Shown one piece after another: positions 37,990 through 49,189 of a stretch of DNA of 64,000 nt (position 1 is the stretch's first letter; the number at the start of each line of letters is the position of its first letter). The notes below the pieces were generated by a model. It made no database searches and had not been told where the DNA came from. It saw only the letters and a list, made by a program, of their open reading frames with translations. Both the position numbers and the translations under genes were made by a program. Source of the stretch: Callorhinchus milii (lineage: Eukaryota); assembly GCF_018977255.1 (NCBI RefSeq), contig NW_024704742.1, positions 97,652,001 through 97,716,000 of the forward strand, written 5' to 3'.

Positions 37990-38549
37990 CTGAAATAACA
38001 ACAAGTAGCATGCTAAATTTGATCATTCGCGGATACTGTATATTTTTGTTACATTAAATCTATATCAGGAATTCAACAGATCCTTTAAAATCCGTTTTAA
38101 GGCTTATTTTAGTTTGCAATTGAAAATTGATTTGCGCTTCTCAACATAGAAGCATATTGAAAAATGAATATTAATTTCATAACCAGAGAAAGAATGGGTG
38201 AAGAACAATTGTTCAAATACTCCTCATTCTACAAGACAATAGGGTATGAGAAGGAAAGCATCTCAGCTATAAAGCTTATTTCACCATTAATGAACAATCA
38301 GTCACATCACTAGTTATAAGTCTTAGATTCAGACACCCTCACTATTCAGCGGGTAAAAATAACTTATTTTTATTTTTTAAATATATATATATGGTTGACC
38401 CAAAGAGAATTTAATCTGGGGAGTGTTGAGTTGTTCTGAAACTTCTTTGTTCACTATTTTCTTAAATAGAAGCAGTGCTAAAGTCAGGAGATGCTATGTT
38501 TAGTTTATGCTAATGGTTATTACGACCTCACTCTCTGTGCTTTGCTTAC

Positions 38550-38692
38550 CCTTGAGGAAGAATCCAGTTTCACACCAAAAGCACTCTTCCTCATCACAGT
38601 CAATGCAGTTCTCATGACAACTAATGCACGTCATGGTGCTATCATTATTGTAGGTCTTTGCTGGACAATCTGTATAACAGCGATGAGCAAAA
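38550..38692 (-). CDS. PCSK5: PCSK5 Cys-rich exon
   Basis: 143 nt, phase 2-1; FAHRCYTDCPAKTY...CFWCETGFFLK. Confidence 0.95.
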
Positions 38693-39135
38693 CTATAGAA
38701 AAGATTTGACATTAGATCGACTAAAACAAGGCCCAATCCAGCAGTTCAAACATCACCATATAGACTTTTGATTTGTTGTTAAACAGCATATTTGGAAATG
38801 TTATCATGTATTGTATGGATGAATTTCAATTACATATACAAAGTTCCTTGACGTCCAAAAGAATCTCAAGATCATACTGAGTTCCTCTCAGTTTGTAGCA
38901 ATTACCTTCTGTGTTTCCATTTGTAGTTTTACCTTGAATACTGTCTTGGTTGTACAACAGCAGAAAGTAATAAGAGAAAATAACAAGATACACACTGTCA
39001 CTTGAGCTGCTTGCCCCGTCATGGACAGAAAGGTACTTAGTGAGAAACACAGACATAATTTTAAAATGTTAATACCAGTGGTTAAATCAAATTCATTTTA
39101 CAAAACTGCAAAAGGAACTAGAAAATGCAACATAC

Positions 39136-39178
39136 CTGTAGTAACCTTGTACACAAGATGTACAGAAACTTGGATCAC
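39136..39178 (-). CDS. PCSK5: PCSK5 small exon
   Basis: 43 nt, phase 1-2; DPSFCTSCVQGYY; needed to keep the frame. Confidence 0.92.
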
Positions 39179-41633
39179 CTGTAGAAACAAGGATAGACTC
39201 TGGTAAGTAAGAAAAGTATTTATTTTTTGTGAAGAGCTGATTATTTCCATGAATAGTCCCTGACAACAATGCTTGGCACAAAAGGTTTTCTCTTTATTCT
39301 TTTGGTGAATCAAGATAACGCTTGTCAGAAATGGCTACTTAGTCAGTTTCAGAAAGCTCGTTTGATTCAATATGAAGTCAGTTTCAAACTGTCAGCAATG
39401 AAGCAGTCTTAATAGGGCTCGAAATACAAGAGAGGTTTTGGCAAAATCTCTTTGTGGTACCTAATTAATTGATTGGTTAGTTAAAGATTAAATCTGAATT
39501 GAAGTTATATAAGATGTTTCAGAGCCACTTTTTGCCCCATTAAATGAGTACAGTATTAAACTAAAAGATATTTAATGAATCTAAGCCACTTATCAACATT
39601 CTGGGGGAATCTTCGGCACCTTAAGCAAAGAGATGGATCTATTAGATACATATTTCCACTAAATATTTTCTTACAGTGTGGACGTCAAGTGAGAACCAGA
39701 CTGGGTTGAACTGTGGTGATCTCCATATTTTAACAGTTTGTCAACATTCACTGGGTAAGACTCATACGTAGATTGCAAAATCCAGTTTCTTATTTAAAGA
39801 ACAAAGTTCGGATGTGTTTTGAAATAAATGTCCCTACTTGCGACTTCCAAATAACAAATACCCAAACCAATAAGAGAAGGCTAAATATTTCAGTAACTCC
39901 TCAATTGCGAGTTGTGAGTGAAGAAAGTTGAATCTGCTGAATTGTTTATAATAATAACATTTGATAGCATTTGATATAGCACCTTCTCACGTCATTGAGA
40001 CATCTCAAAGCGCTTCACAGAATATACTGTAAAGTGAATTAACTGTATATTTTTTGTGGGCAAAATGGAAATTTCATTCCTGGTTTCTGACATTTCATAT
40101 CCTTTATAAGCATTATGATTTCAGTGGGGAAAAATTGCTGCACAGCATTCAGCTTTGAAATTTTACCACTAGATGGCACCCAGTTTCCATCTAAAGTTTT
40201 AGAAACGGCTCTGAGCAGTGATGAAGTTCAGAAAAAAACTAAACAATTTTAACGAACAAATTATGAAGTCAAATAACACCTAAAGGCCAGAAGCTTTGAC
40301 TTAAATGTAACCTGATCCCATCTCTGGTCAAAATCAATGTTAGGTAAATACCACTTCTGCTCACAAATTACCGGGGCAAGATAATAATAATAATAAAAAT
40401 AATAATCCTTGCATTTGATATAGTGCCTTATCACATCATTGAGCCATCGCAATGCAAGTGGTTCACAGTATTTACTATAAAGTGAAGTGAGTGTATTCTG
40501 AGGCGAGCATGGCAGGCAATATGCACACAGCAATGTCGCATAAATAGCCATGAAGCGCTCCCCCAGCACAGCATTGGAGTGTCAGCCTAGATTCTCACTT
40601 CGGGACCAACGACGTTTCACGTAGACATTAAAGATCCCATGTTGTAAAAGATGTTGCAAATGAGTAGTCTATTTAGAAAAACAGTAGAAAATGTCTAAAC
40701 ACAAGACAATAAAGGAGGCAAATTATGTTTCCATACTTAATTTAGACTGGCTTTATTACGTGAATCAAAATTATTACTGCTTGTTCATGTTATGAATTCT
40801 CATACAATAGGTATAAGCTGTGAATCAAATCATAATCTAAATGGATTCAAACAGCATTTATTTAGGCAAGGTTCATTTTTGATTCGGACTCCAGTGAATT
40901 GATTGTGTGATATCAATTGGCTGGCCTTTATTTTGTTGTTCTGTGCCTGAGGAATGGCACTTTGTGGTCTGAAATATATTGATTTCCAAATAGATTTCTT
41001 AAATAAGGTTTGAGAGAAACACCAGGGGGTTCCTCCTGATAACTAGAAATATGTCATACAAAAACACAGAAACTCCACTCTGAGGATAGACTGAGTACAT
41101 GTCTAAGGTTCTAAGTGTAGGTTTGATCTCTCTGTCAGTCTTGATTGATATGTGTAGGTTTGAATATGTGGATATCTGCAGAGCACTTTGATACTCTATA
41201 TGGTAAATGTGCTTGAAAATGTGAAGAATAATCTTCCAAGAAGGCTAGTACATTTCTGTGTGATTTACCTGACTGATTTGTCAGTCCAATTGATATATGG
41301 TGGATGTAATCTCTTTAGTGGAGTCAGTTCAATATCTCTGCTGTGTCTCATTTCCATAGTAATCTAGTGAGTAGATGTCTGTCCTATTGTGTTTACTATT
41401 CCAGATGATCCATTGGGTGTAAAGACTCCAATCTTTCTGCTTTCTTTCCATGTGTTTTTTGTATGTTCTAGTGGGTATGTGTGTAACCGATTGCTCTAAC
41501 AGTCGAGCAGGTATGTGTTCTAATCTTTACTGTGACTGATCTTTCTTGCAGATAGGTGGGCATCTCTAATACCTAGATATTTATTGAGGTATTGGGTTAT
41601 TGTAGATCCCCCTAACATCAGATCAGAGCTTAC

Positions 41634-41702
41634 CCAATATGCACTTATCACATCCTTCTGCACACTCAACACAGTCTCCATAGTCAGGATCTGCAACTTC
41701 AC
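41634..41702 (-). CDS. PCSK5: PCSK5 small exon
   Basis: 69 nt, phase 1-1; (G)EVADPDYGDCVECAEGCDKCIL. Confidence 0.93.
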
Positions 41703-41907
41703 CTGTGAATCAAGAAAATAGATTTTACTGCACATATTTATGTAAGCTCCAACTAACATATCCTTGTGACATGAGAGGCACAATAAAAATCTGATTAATC
41801 AGATGTTTTTTGGAGTTCCATCTTTACATGTCTGTCAAGGACCAAACTTGAACTCATATCAAGAACACCTTTAATACTGAGTGTAACTGAATAAATCCTA
41901 CATTATA

Positions 41908-42230
41908 TAATAATAATAATAATAATCCTTGCATTTGATATAGCGCTTTTCACGTCAGGAGGACGTTCCAAAGCGCTTCACAGAACACACTGTAAAGTGA
42001 ATTGACTGTATATTTGTGGGCGAACGTGGCAGCCAATTGCGCACAGCAATGTCCCACAAACAGTCGTAGATTGAAAATGACCAGTTTATTATTGTTTTGT
42101 TTTTTTGGAGGGATTATTATTAGGCGTGTGGAGTAAGGAAACTTGCCCAAGGTTTCGCCCTGCCGGGAATCGAACTCAGGTCTCTCACTTGCAAAGCGAG
42201 TGCTCTAACCACTGAGCTACAGGACTCCAC
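41908..42230 (-). mobile_element. Full-length young tRNA(Ala)-derived SINE
   Basis: Reverse complement nearly identical to 35276-35596; B box GTTCGATTCC. Confidence 0.93.
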
Positions 42231-43770
42231 ATTGCAGCTTTGATGCCTGTGCTGTAGCCTAGGTATGTGTCAGTGACAGAGGAAGAGGTCGTATTATTCG
42301 GCATAGACTGCCACTTGGAACACAATGCTGCTTTCTAAGGAAGGAAGGTGAATGTCATAGCTTGTTACATCAAGATTACTGTTCTTCCATAATCAGGAGT
42401 GGAGATCAAGCCAAATGAAACCTGCTTTGTTTCCATCCAAAGCCATTCTTCATTTACCAAGTAACCACTGTTATATTCTTGACGTCAGTTGTGATGAATG
42501 TTTAGATCAATTCAGACCACTAAAGATCAACAGATGTAAATCTGAATTCAGACCAGAGTAGGATATGAATGTATTTCTGTCAGTTGGGTGTCCGTTACAA
42601 GCAGCAACCATGCTTAAAAGAATCCAAACCAGACCAAGTTCAACATATGTATGCCACCTACACATTAAAATTTCCCTGTATCTGGAATGGAACGTGTTCT
42701 CTCTGATTACTTACTTCTGGAAAGTATTAGGCAGAGGTTGGCAGGAATCAAGGCTTAGAACGCTAGATTCTAGAGTGTGTGTTGGCAATGACCCACAAAC
42801 AGCCTTGAAGTGAGTGACCAATTTTAACCGGAGAATTGTTGGCCAGTAAATTGTTCACTTTAATTTGTAACATTTGCAAAACGACTCTGTTGTGTTAATT
42901 ACAACCTCAGGTTGATGAATATCGGATTGTAAAATGTACAGTAAAATGCATTGCTGGTTAATTGTTTTTTTCCCAGACATCTTAGCATTACACTCACTAA
43001 ACATTTTTCTCGGCTTTTGATGACTTGGAATTCACAATTTGTCGGCTGTGAATTTCACAATCTGACAGTCTCAAACCAGAAACCACAGCTAAGGCAACGA
43101 ATCCAGTTTATAAATTGGACCCTATTGAACTTTGTAACATCCTTTGTGATGTCCATCTACTGGTTAATAGATTCACAGATAGTACAACTCAGAAACAGGC
43201 CATTTGGCCCATCTATTTCAACTGGGGTTTATACTTCACGTTTTATGATATTTTTCTCACTTTCACTTATCGAGGTGAAAATTTTAAAATAAGTGAAGGA
43301 TAGTAAAGCAAACTGTAAAACATCTATAAAATCGACATGGTGCATTCAGGTAAATTCCCAATTATGTGTCTTATAGTCATGCCCTGTGTTGTATCTGTCT
43401 CATCAGGCATCTGGAACAATTGACCACCAGGAGGCAGCAGAGACCACTTAATTCTGACTCTATCCGCATATTCTCTGCTGATAGTCTCTGCTCAGCAACT
43501 CCCCGTTAAATGCAATGACTGAAACCATCCCAGGGAGTACTGCTAACACCAAACATTCCACAAAATATTGCTCCTCAAAACACTATGACAAGGCATACAT
43601 CTGCTTCAAGGACCTGCATACCTTCTCACCAAAGTGAAAAGCTCTGAAACAGTGGATCGACCAAGTTTATTTAATTATGTGCTGCAGATAATATAACTAA
43701 TTTTCACAAAGGAAGCTACCTAGGTATTTGAGGCATCTTACATTTGAGGTTCACTCTGTTTGGTTCTTAC

Positions 43771-43971
43771 CTACTCGACAATCTAATTGCTGGCATCCAT
43801 TTTGTGTATGAAAGTAACCTAAGGAACACTTTATACAGTGTGCTTCACTACTGCATACTTCACAGTTACTGGAGCACTGTTGGCAGGTTTTATCATCAGC
43901 ATGATAGTGAGATTTCGGGCAACTTTCTCTGCATTTTCCATCATAAAAATAGCGGTCCTTGCCAAATTTAT
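43771..43971 (-). CDS. PCSK5: PCSK5 Cys-rich exon
   Basis: 201 nt, phase 1-1; (D)KFGKDRYFYDGKCRESCPKSHYH...CQQLDCRV. Confidence 0.95.
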
Positions 43972-44186
43972 CTGGAAAGAGAAAAGATACATTAATCCTT
44001 CCTGAGTTAAGATATCTATGAAATAAAATGTGAGTGTCAAACATTCTGTAAAAAATATTTCACTGGACAACTTGTGTCAAGAGTGTACTTGTGTACTATC
44101 TATGATCTTAAGGCAGATGTTTCCAAGATTAATATTGTCAGCCTCCCCAACTCCTCCCTTCATAGGTTGCAGATCATCCAGTAGTC

Positions 44187-45729
44187 CTTGATGCGTCGCA
44201 GCTATCAAGTTACCGGCCCATCTCCAACCTCCCCTTTCTCTCCAAGGTCTTGGAAAGAGTTGTGGCCTCCCAACTGCGCTCTTTCCTTTCCACCCATTCT
44301 CTTTTCGAACCCCTTCAGTCAGGTTTCCGTGCTGCCCATAGCACAGAAACTGCCCTGGTCAAGGTCACCAATGATATCCTGACCATCTGTGACCAGGGCT
44401 CCCTCTGTCTCCTCGTCCTCCTCGACCTATCGGCAGCATTCGATACGGTCGACCACGCTATCCTACTCCACCGCTTGTCCTCCCACCTCAACCTTCAAGG
44501 CACTGTCCTTGAATGGTTTAGGTCGTACCTTTCTCACCGTCTTCATTTTGTCTCGACGAATGGCTTCTCCTCCACCCCCCGCACTGTCTCATGTGGTGTC
44601 CCTCAGGGCTCTGTCCTTGGTCCCCTCCTCTTCACCCTCTATATGCTCCCCCTCGGTGACATCATCCGCAGACATGGAGTTAACTTCCACATGTATGCGG
44701 ATGACACCCAACTCTACCTTTCCTCCTCTACTCTCAACTCCACGACCACCGATGTCCTGACAGCTGCCTGTCCGACATCGAGTCCTGGACGAGAGACAAC
44801 TTTCTTCAGCTCAACGTGCGAAAAACCGAGGCCCTCCTGATTGGCTCACGTCAGCGCCTCCGCACCTCAGGCGCCGACACCATCAGCATCCAAGGCTGCA
44901 CTCTCCACCTCTCAAAGCCAGTCAGGAACCTCGGCGTTTTGTTCGACCCTGAGCTGTCCTTTCTCCCTCACATCCGCACCACAACTGGCACCGCCTTCCA
45001 TCACCTCCGGAACATCGCCAGACTACGGCATTACCTCACCCCTCACGCTGCTGAAACCCTGGTTCACGCCTTTGTCACCTCAAGGCTGGACTATGGGAAC
45101 TCTCTCCTCGCCGGCCTTCCCGCCACCTCCCTCCACAAGCTGCAGGTCATTCAGAACTCTGCAGCTCGTGTACTGTCCCGCACCAGGCTTCGGGACCACA
45201 TCACTCCCACCCTCGCTCGCCTCCACTGGCTCTCCATCCCCCAGAGGATTGATTTCAAGATCCTCATCCTCACCTACAAGGCCATTCACGGCCTTGCTCC
45301 CTCCTACCTCTCCAACCTACTATCCCCCTACCTACCTACCCGTACCCTCCGTTCCTCTGGCTCTGGTCTGCTCCACGTCCCCCGCCCCAACCGCCCTACT
45401 ATCGGTGGTCGGGCCTTCAGCCTCTCAGCCCCCAGGCTCTGGAACTCCATCCCCCAGTGCCTTCGCCTTGCTTCCTCCCTTTCCTCCTTCAAGGCCGGTC
45501 TCAAAACCTTTCTCTTTGACCGTGCCTTCAGCTCCCCTCTCGACTCTCTTCCCCCTCCTCGCTCCCTCCCTTCCCTCCCCTCACCCTGACCATTTCCCCC
45601 CTCCTCGCTCTCTCCCCTCCCCTGACCATTTCCCCCCTGCTCGGGTCATGACCCAACTGTGCAGCGCCTTGGGACGTCCTCCTGACGTGAAAGGCGCTTT
45701 ATAAATGGAATCTTGTTGTTGTTGTTGTT
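44187..45729 (+). mobile_element. Young 5'-truncated L2 LINE, RT domain with one frameshift
   Basis: [52 protein letters not shown] and YADD motifs; frameshift near 44760; (TTG)n tail; GTAGTC at 44181 and 45730. Confidence 0.96.
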
Positions 45730-45735
45730 GTAGTC

Positions 45736-46245
45736 TGGAGCCCGTGACCTCTCCCACACCAGGCTCCGTGACCCTATCAACCCCATCCTCGCCCAACTCC
45801 ACTGGCTTCCCATCATACAGAGGATGCAGTTCAAGATCCTGGTCCACACCTTCAAAGCCCTCCATGATCTTGCTCCCTCCTACCTTTGCGACCTCCTAAA
45901 CCCCTACCAACCTACCTGTTCCCTCCACTCAGCGGGCTCTGGCCTTCTTCATGTCCCCCGCCTTGCTCGCACCACCAATGGCGGGTGGGCCTTCTGCCAC
46001 TCTGCCCCCACTCTCTGGAACTCCATCTCGCAGTCCCTCTGCCTCGCCCCCTCCCTTGACTCCTTCTAGACCCATCTCAAGATATTCCTCTTCGACCGTG
46101 CCTTTAATTACCCTCCTTCCCTCCATGCACTCCACCCTCCCCGATCCTGAACCCCAGTTCGGGTCCAAAACACTGATTGTCCAGTGCCTTGGGACGTCCT
46201 CCCGACATGAAAGGTGCTACATAAAATGTAATTTTGTTGTTGCTG
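45736..46245 (+). mobile_element. Older L2 3' fragment, continuing the piece at about 44135-44180
   Basis: [16 protein letters not shown] before the young insert continues as (S)..RDLSHTRLRDP after it. Confidence 0.85.
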
Positions 46246-46730
46246 TATAAAAACTGGGCTTTTACTTGCTATTTACATTTTAGAATTTCTTTGGAATTGA
46301 ATATGAATTACCCCAATGTGCTGGATATAGACACCTCCCTCCCCTGACACTGTTCTCATTAGTGATGTCTAGGAAGCCAGGTCCCACATTATTTAATAGG
46401 AATCATAAACTCAGAAATGTATATAGTTTATTTAGGTTTTAAAACCCCGTGTTTTCCTTTTCACAATCCACCTCATCTGTTTCAAAGCCTGTGTAAAACC
46501 CATGAGAAACATTTGAGCGATTAGATATTTCCTTATAAATATTGAATACCATGCTGGACATACAATTATCGAAAATGATTAAATTTACAGTACTGCACAA
46601 GTCACAAAGATTGTTAATACCATTTTGTGAGTATCAAACTGTGCTTTTCTTTACACTAAGAGTAACTGAAGCAAAAGCCCAACAACAATTTGAATTTATA
46701 TAGTGCCCTTCATGCAGGATAATGTCTACA

Positions 46731-47032
46731 GGGAGTCCTGTAGCTCAGTGGTTAGAGCACTCGCTTTGCAAGTGAGAGACCTGAGTTCAATTCCAGGCAG
46801 AGGGCGAAACCTTGGGCAAGTTTCCTTACTCCACACAGAGCCTAATAATAATCCCTCCAAAAACCAAAGAAACAATAATAAAAATTGGTCATTTTCAATC
46901 TACGACTGTTTGTGGGACATTGCTGTGCGCAATTGGCTGCCACGTTCGCCCACAAATATACAGTCAATTCACTTTACAGTGTTCTGTGAAGCGCTTTGGG
47001 ACGTCCTCCCGATGTGAAAATGCAAGGATTAT
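46731..47032 (+). mobile_element. Full-length young tRNA(Ala)-derived SINE (small deletion in the tail)
   Basis: Near-identical to the 35276 copy. Confidence 0.92.
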
Positions 47033-47882
47033 TTGGAGTTCCACAATGTGCAAGGCAATACAGGATAACGTCTTGGAGTATTTCTTGTGCACTCAAATTG
47101 AATCTGGTATTCTGTGCGCATTTTGAATATTTTGGTACGTAAGTGTCAGCATCCAAAGTGTGGTTATAACAAGGCTCTACTATATTTCTTTTCTTTTTTT
47201 TCCTCCTGCCAAAATGCACTATTTCACATTTCTCTTCATTGAATTGCATTGGGCATTTGAAAAAAGAATTGGACAACCACATGCAGGGGAAGGGTATTAG
47301 AGAGTCTGGGGAAAGAGCAGGGATTATAAGCGATGGCTTCTTAGTGGAATAAACACAGACATGAAAATATTGACTGAATTGCCTCCTACTGTGTCGTATA
47401 TTGCTATGGTTCCATTTGCCTCCTTTCAGTAATTCATTGTGATAAAGTGCCATATCAAATTAACTTTTTTGCAAAGGCAATGATTTAAAGGCTGTAATCC
47501 AGGGTTCCAATGGCAGATGCAAAGCTCGGGCTTCACTTTCATAATAAATAACCCATACTGTACGAAGATTCAGTTAAATTATAGCTCTGCAATCACTCTC
47601 TGCTATCAAGTGCTTCTTATAGATTATATATGAGTGCTGGAACACTTGGTAACACCATTTCAATTCTTAACCAAATGCTGTTTGATAGATTGATGCAAAC
47701 TAATGTTCTCTAACCAAACTCTTACAACCTGGACTCTTCAATCCATGTTACTATAAAACCTCAGCCCATATAAACGTAGTGATTGGAAAGTGAACCCCAT
47801 GGTTTCGGTTCAGATCAGCATTCGCGGCAGCACTATTATTATACATAGTGGCCAGGCACATTTATGATTATTATTGTCTCAC

Positions 47883-48019
47883 CTTTATCACATGATAGGC
47901 AATTATTGTGTTCACCTCCGGTGCATGCCCTGCAAGTGTGGTGACATCGGTGACACTGGACATTGATTTGAAATTTGCCAATGGGGCAAGACAAGACACA
48001 ATGCCCTTCATCAAGCAAT
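47883..48019 (-). CDS. PCSK5: PCSK5 Cys-rich exon
   Basis: 137 nt, phase 2-1; LLDEGHCVLSCPIGKFQINVQCHRCHHTCRACTGGEHNNCLSCDK. Confidence 0.95.
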
Positions 48020-49189
48020 CTGAGGAAGTAAAGCGAGGATGTATAACATCATTACATTATAATAATAATAGACCTTGTATTTGATACAGTGCATTATTAT
48101 ATTGTTGAATGTCTCAAAGCGCTTTATAAGATTTTTACTGTGAAATATAATGACTTGTTTGTGGATGAACACAGTAGCTAATTTAGGCAAAACAAAGTCT
48201 CACGAACTGCCAAATGAAGCATATGCAGTACAATGTTTAACATTTGTATCTCTCGAGATTATTGTGTAACTTGCCCGAGTGATAAGGAAGAAAGGTTTGA
48301 TTTTAGCCTGCAATTATATTGTGCATTTCACACACTACCTGGTAGGTCCTCATTTAGATCTTGAGGCTGACTGAGAGAATGTAATCTCAGAGTGACTTGG
48401 TCCCATTTCTCATCTTTCTCATTTCACTCTTTCTGCCTTATGTTTGCATGTTCCTCGACCTGGCGAGACTCAAGGCAAGTCAATACTGTGGCAGAATGTA
48501 GAACCCAGCACCCACTGACCAGCATGACAGATGTTGGAGTGTGTAAACTGGTATTAATTTAAATTGTTTGTGTACAGGGTCGAACCTGGAGCAAATTCAG
48601 GGTAAAGTACACCTGATGGGTGCAATGTTCCGATTTGAAAGAGATTGTCTTCATGATTTTTTTTCTTCTTATGCTATCATTGTTATCAGTGTTATAAATT
48701 GGATCAACTGTTCAAATGATCATTGTATGACTTGTACATGATATTTTATGATTGATGTCAATCGTGTTTGGTGAGTCTGGCTCTTCTCCCTGATCCCTTA
48801 AAGAAGCTGTACACAATAATACAAATATGATGTCAAGACTCTGGCTGGAATAACTTTAATTTATAGTGTACTATAGTATTTCATTGAACTGATTTTTCCC
48901 AAGCATTGTCAGAACTAGCATTTTGGGGAATCAGGACATCAGCCTACAGGATTCCTTAATAATAAATGAATGCTATTAGAATTCTAATTGACCCATCTAA
49001 TTGCTCTTGATAGGCATCTTGCAGGTCAACCTCATGTATTTCTGATTACCAGAAAGAGCCCCTTTTGCTTGCTCTAGATTTCATATGAAGGATTCTTGTT
49101 AGAAAATAGCTCAAAAAATGTTATTTAATGGATCCTGTCTGTAGAAAATACTAAGGGAGTCATTCCAGTAATGCCTTTAGTTTAAGAAC

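Noticed and set aside
44250..45589. Host or domesticated reverse transcriptase gene
   Set aside because: 5'-truncated, frameshifted, with TSD and (TTG)n tail: an ordinary L2 insertion
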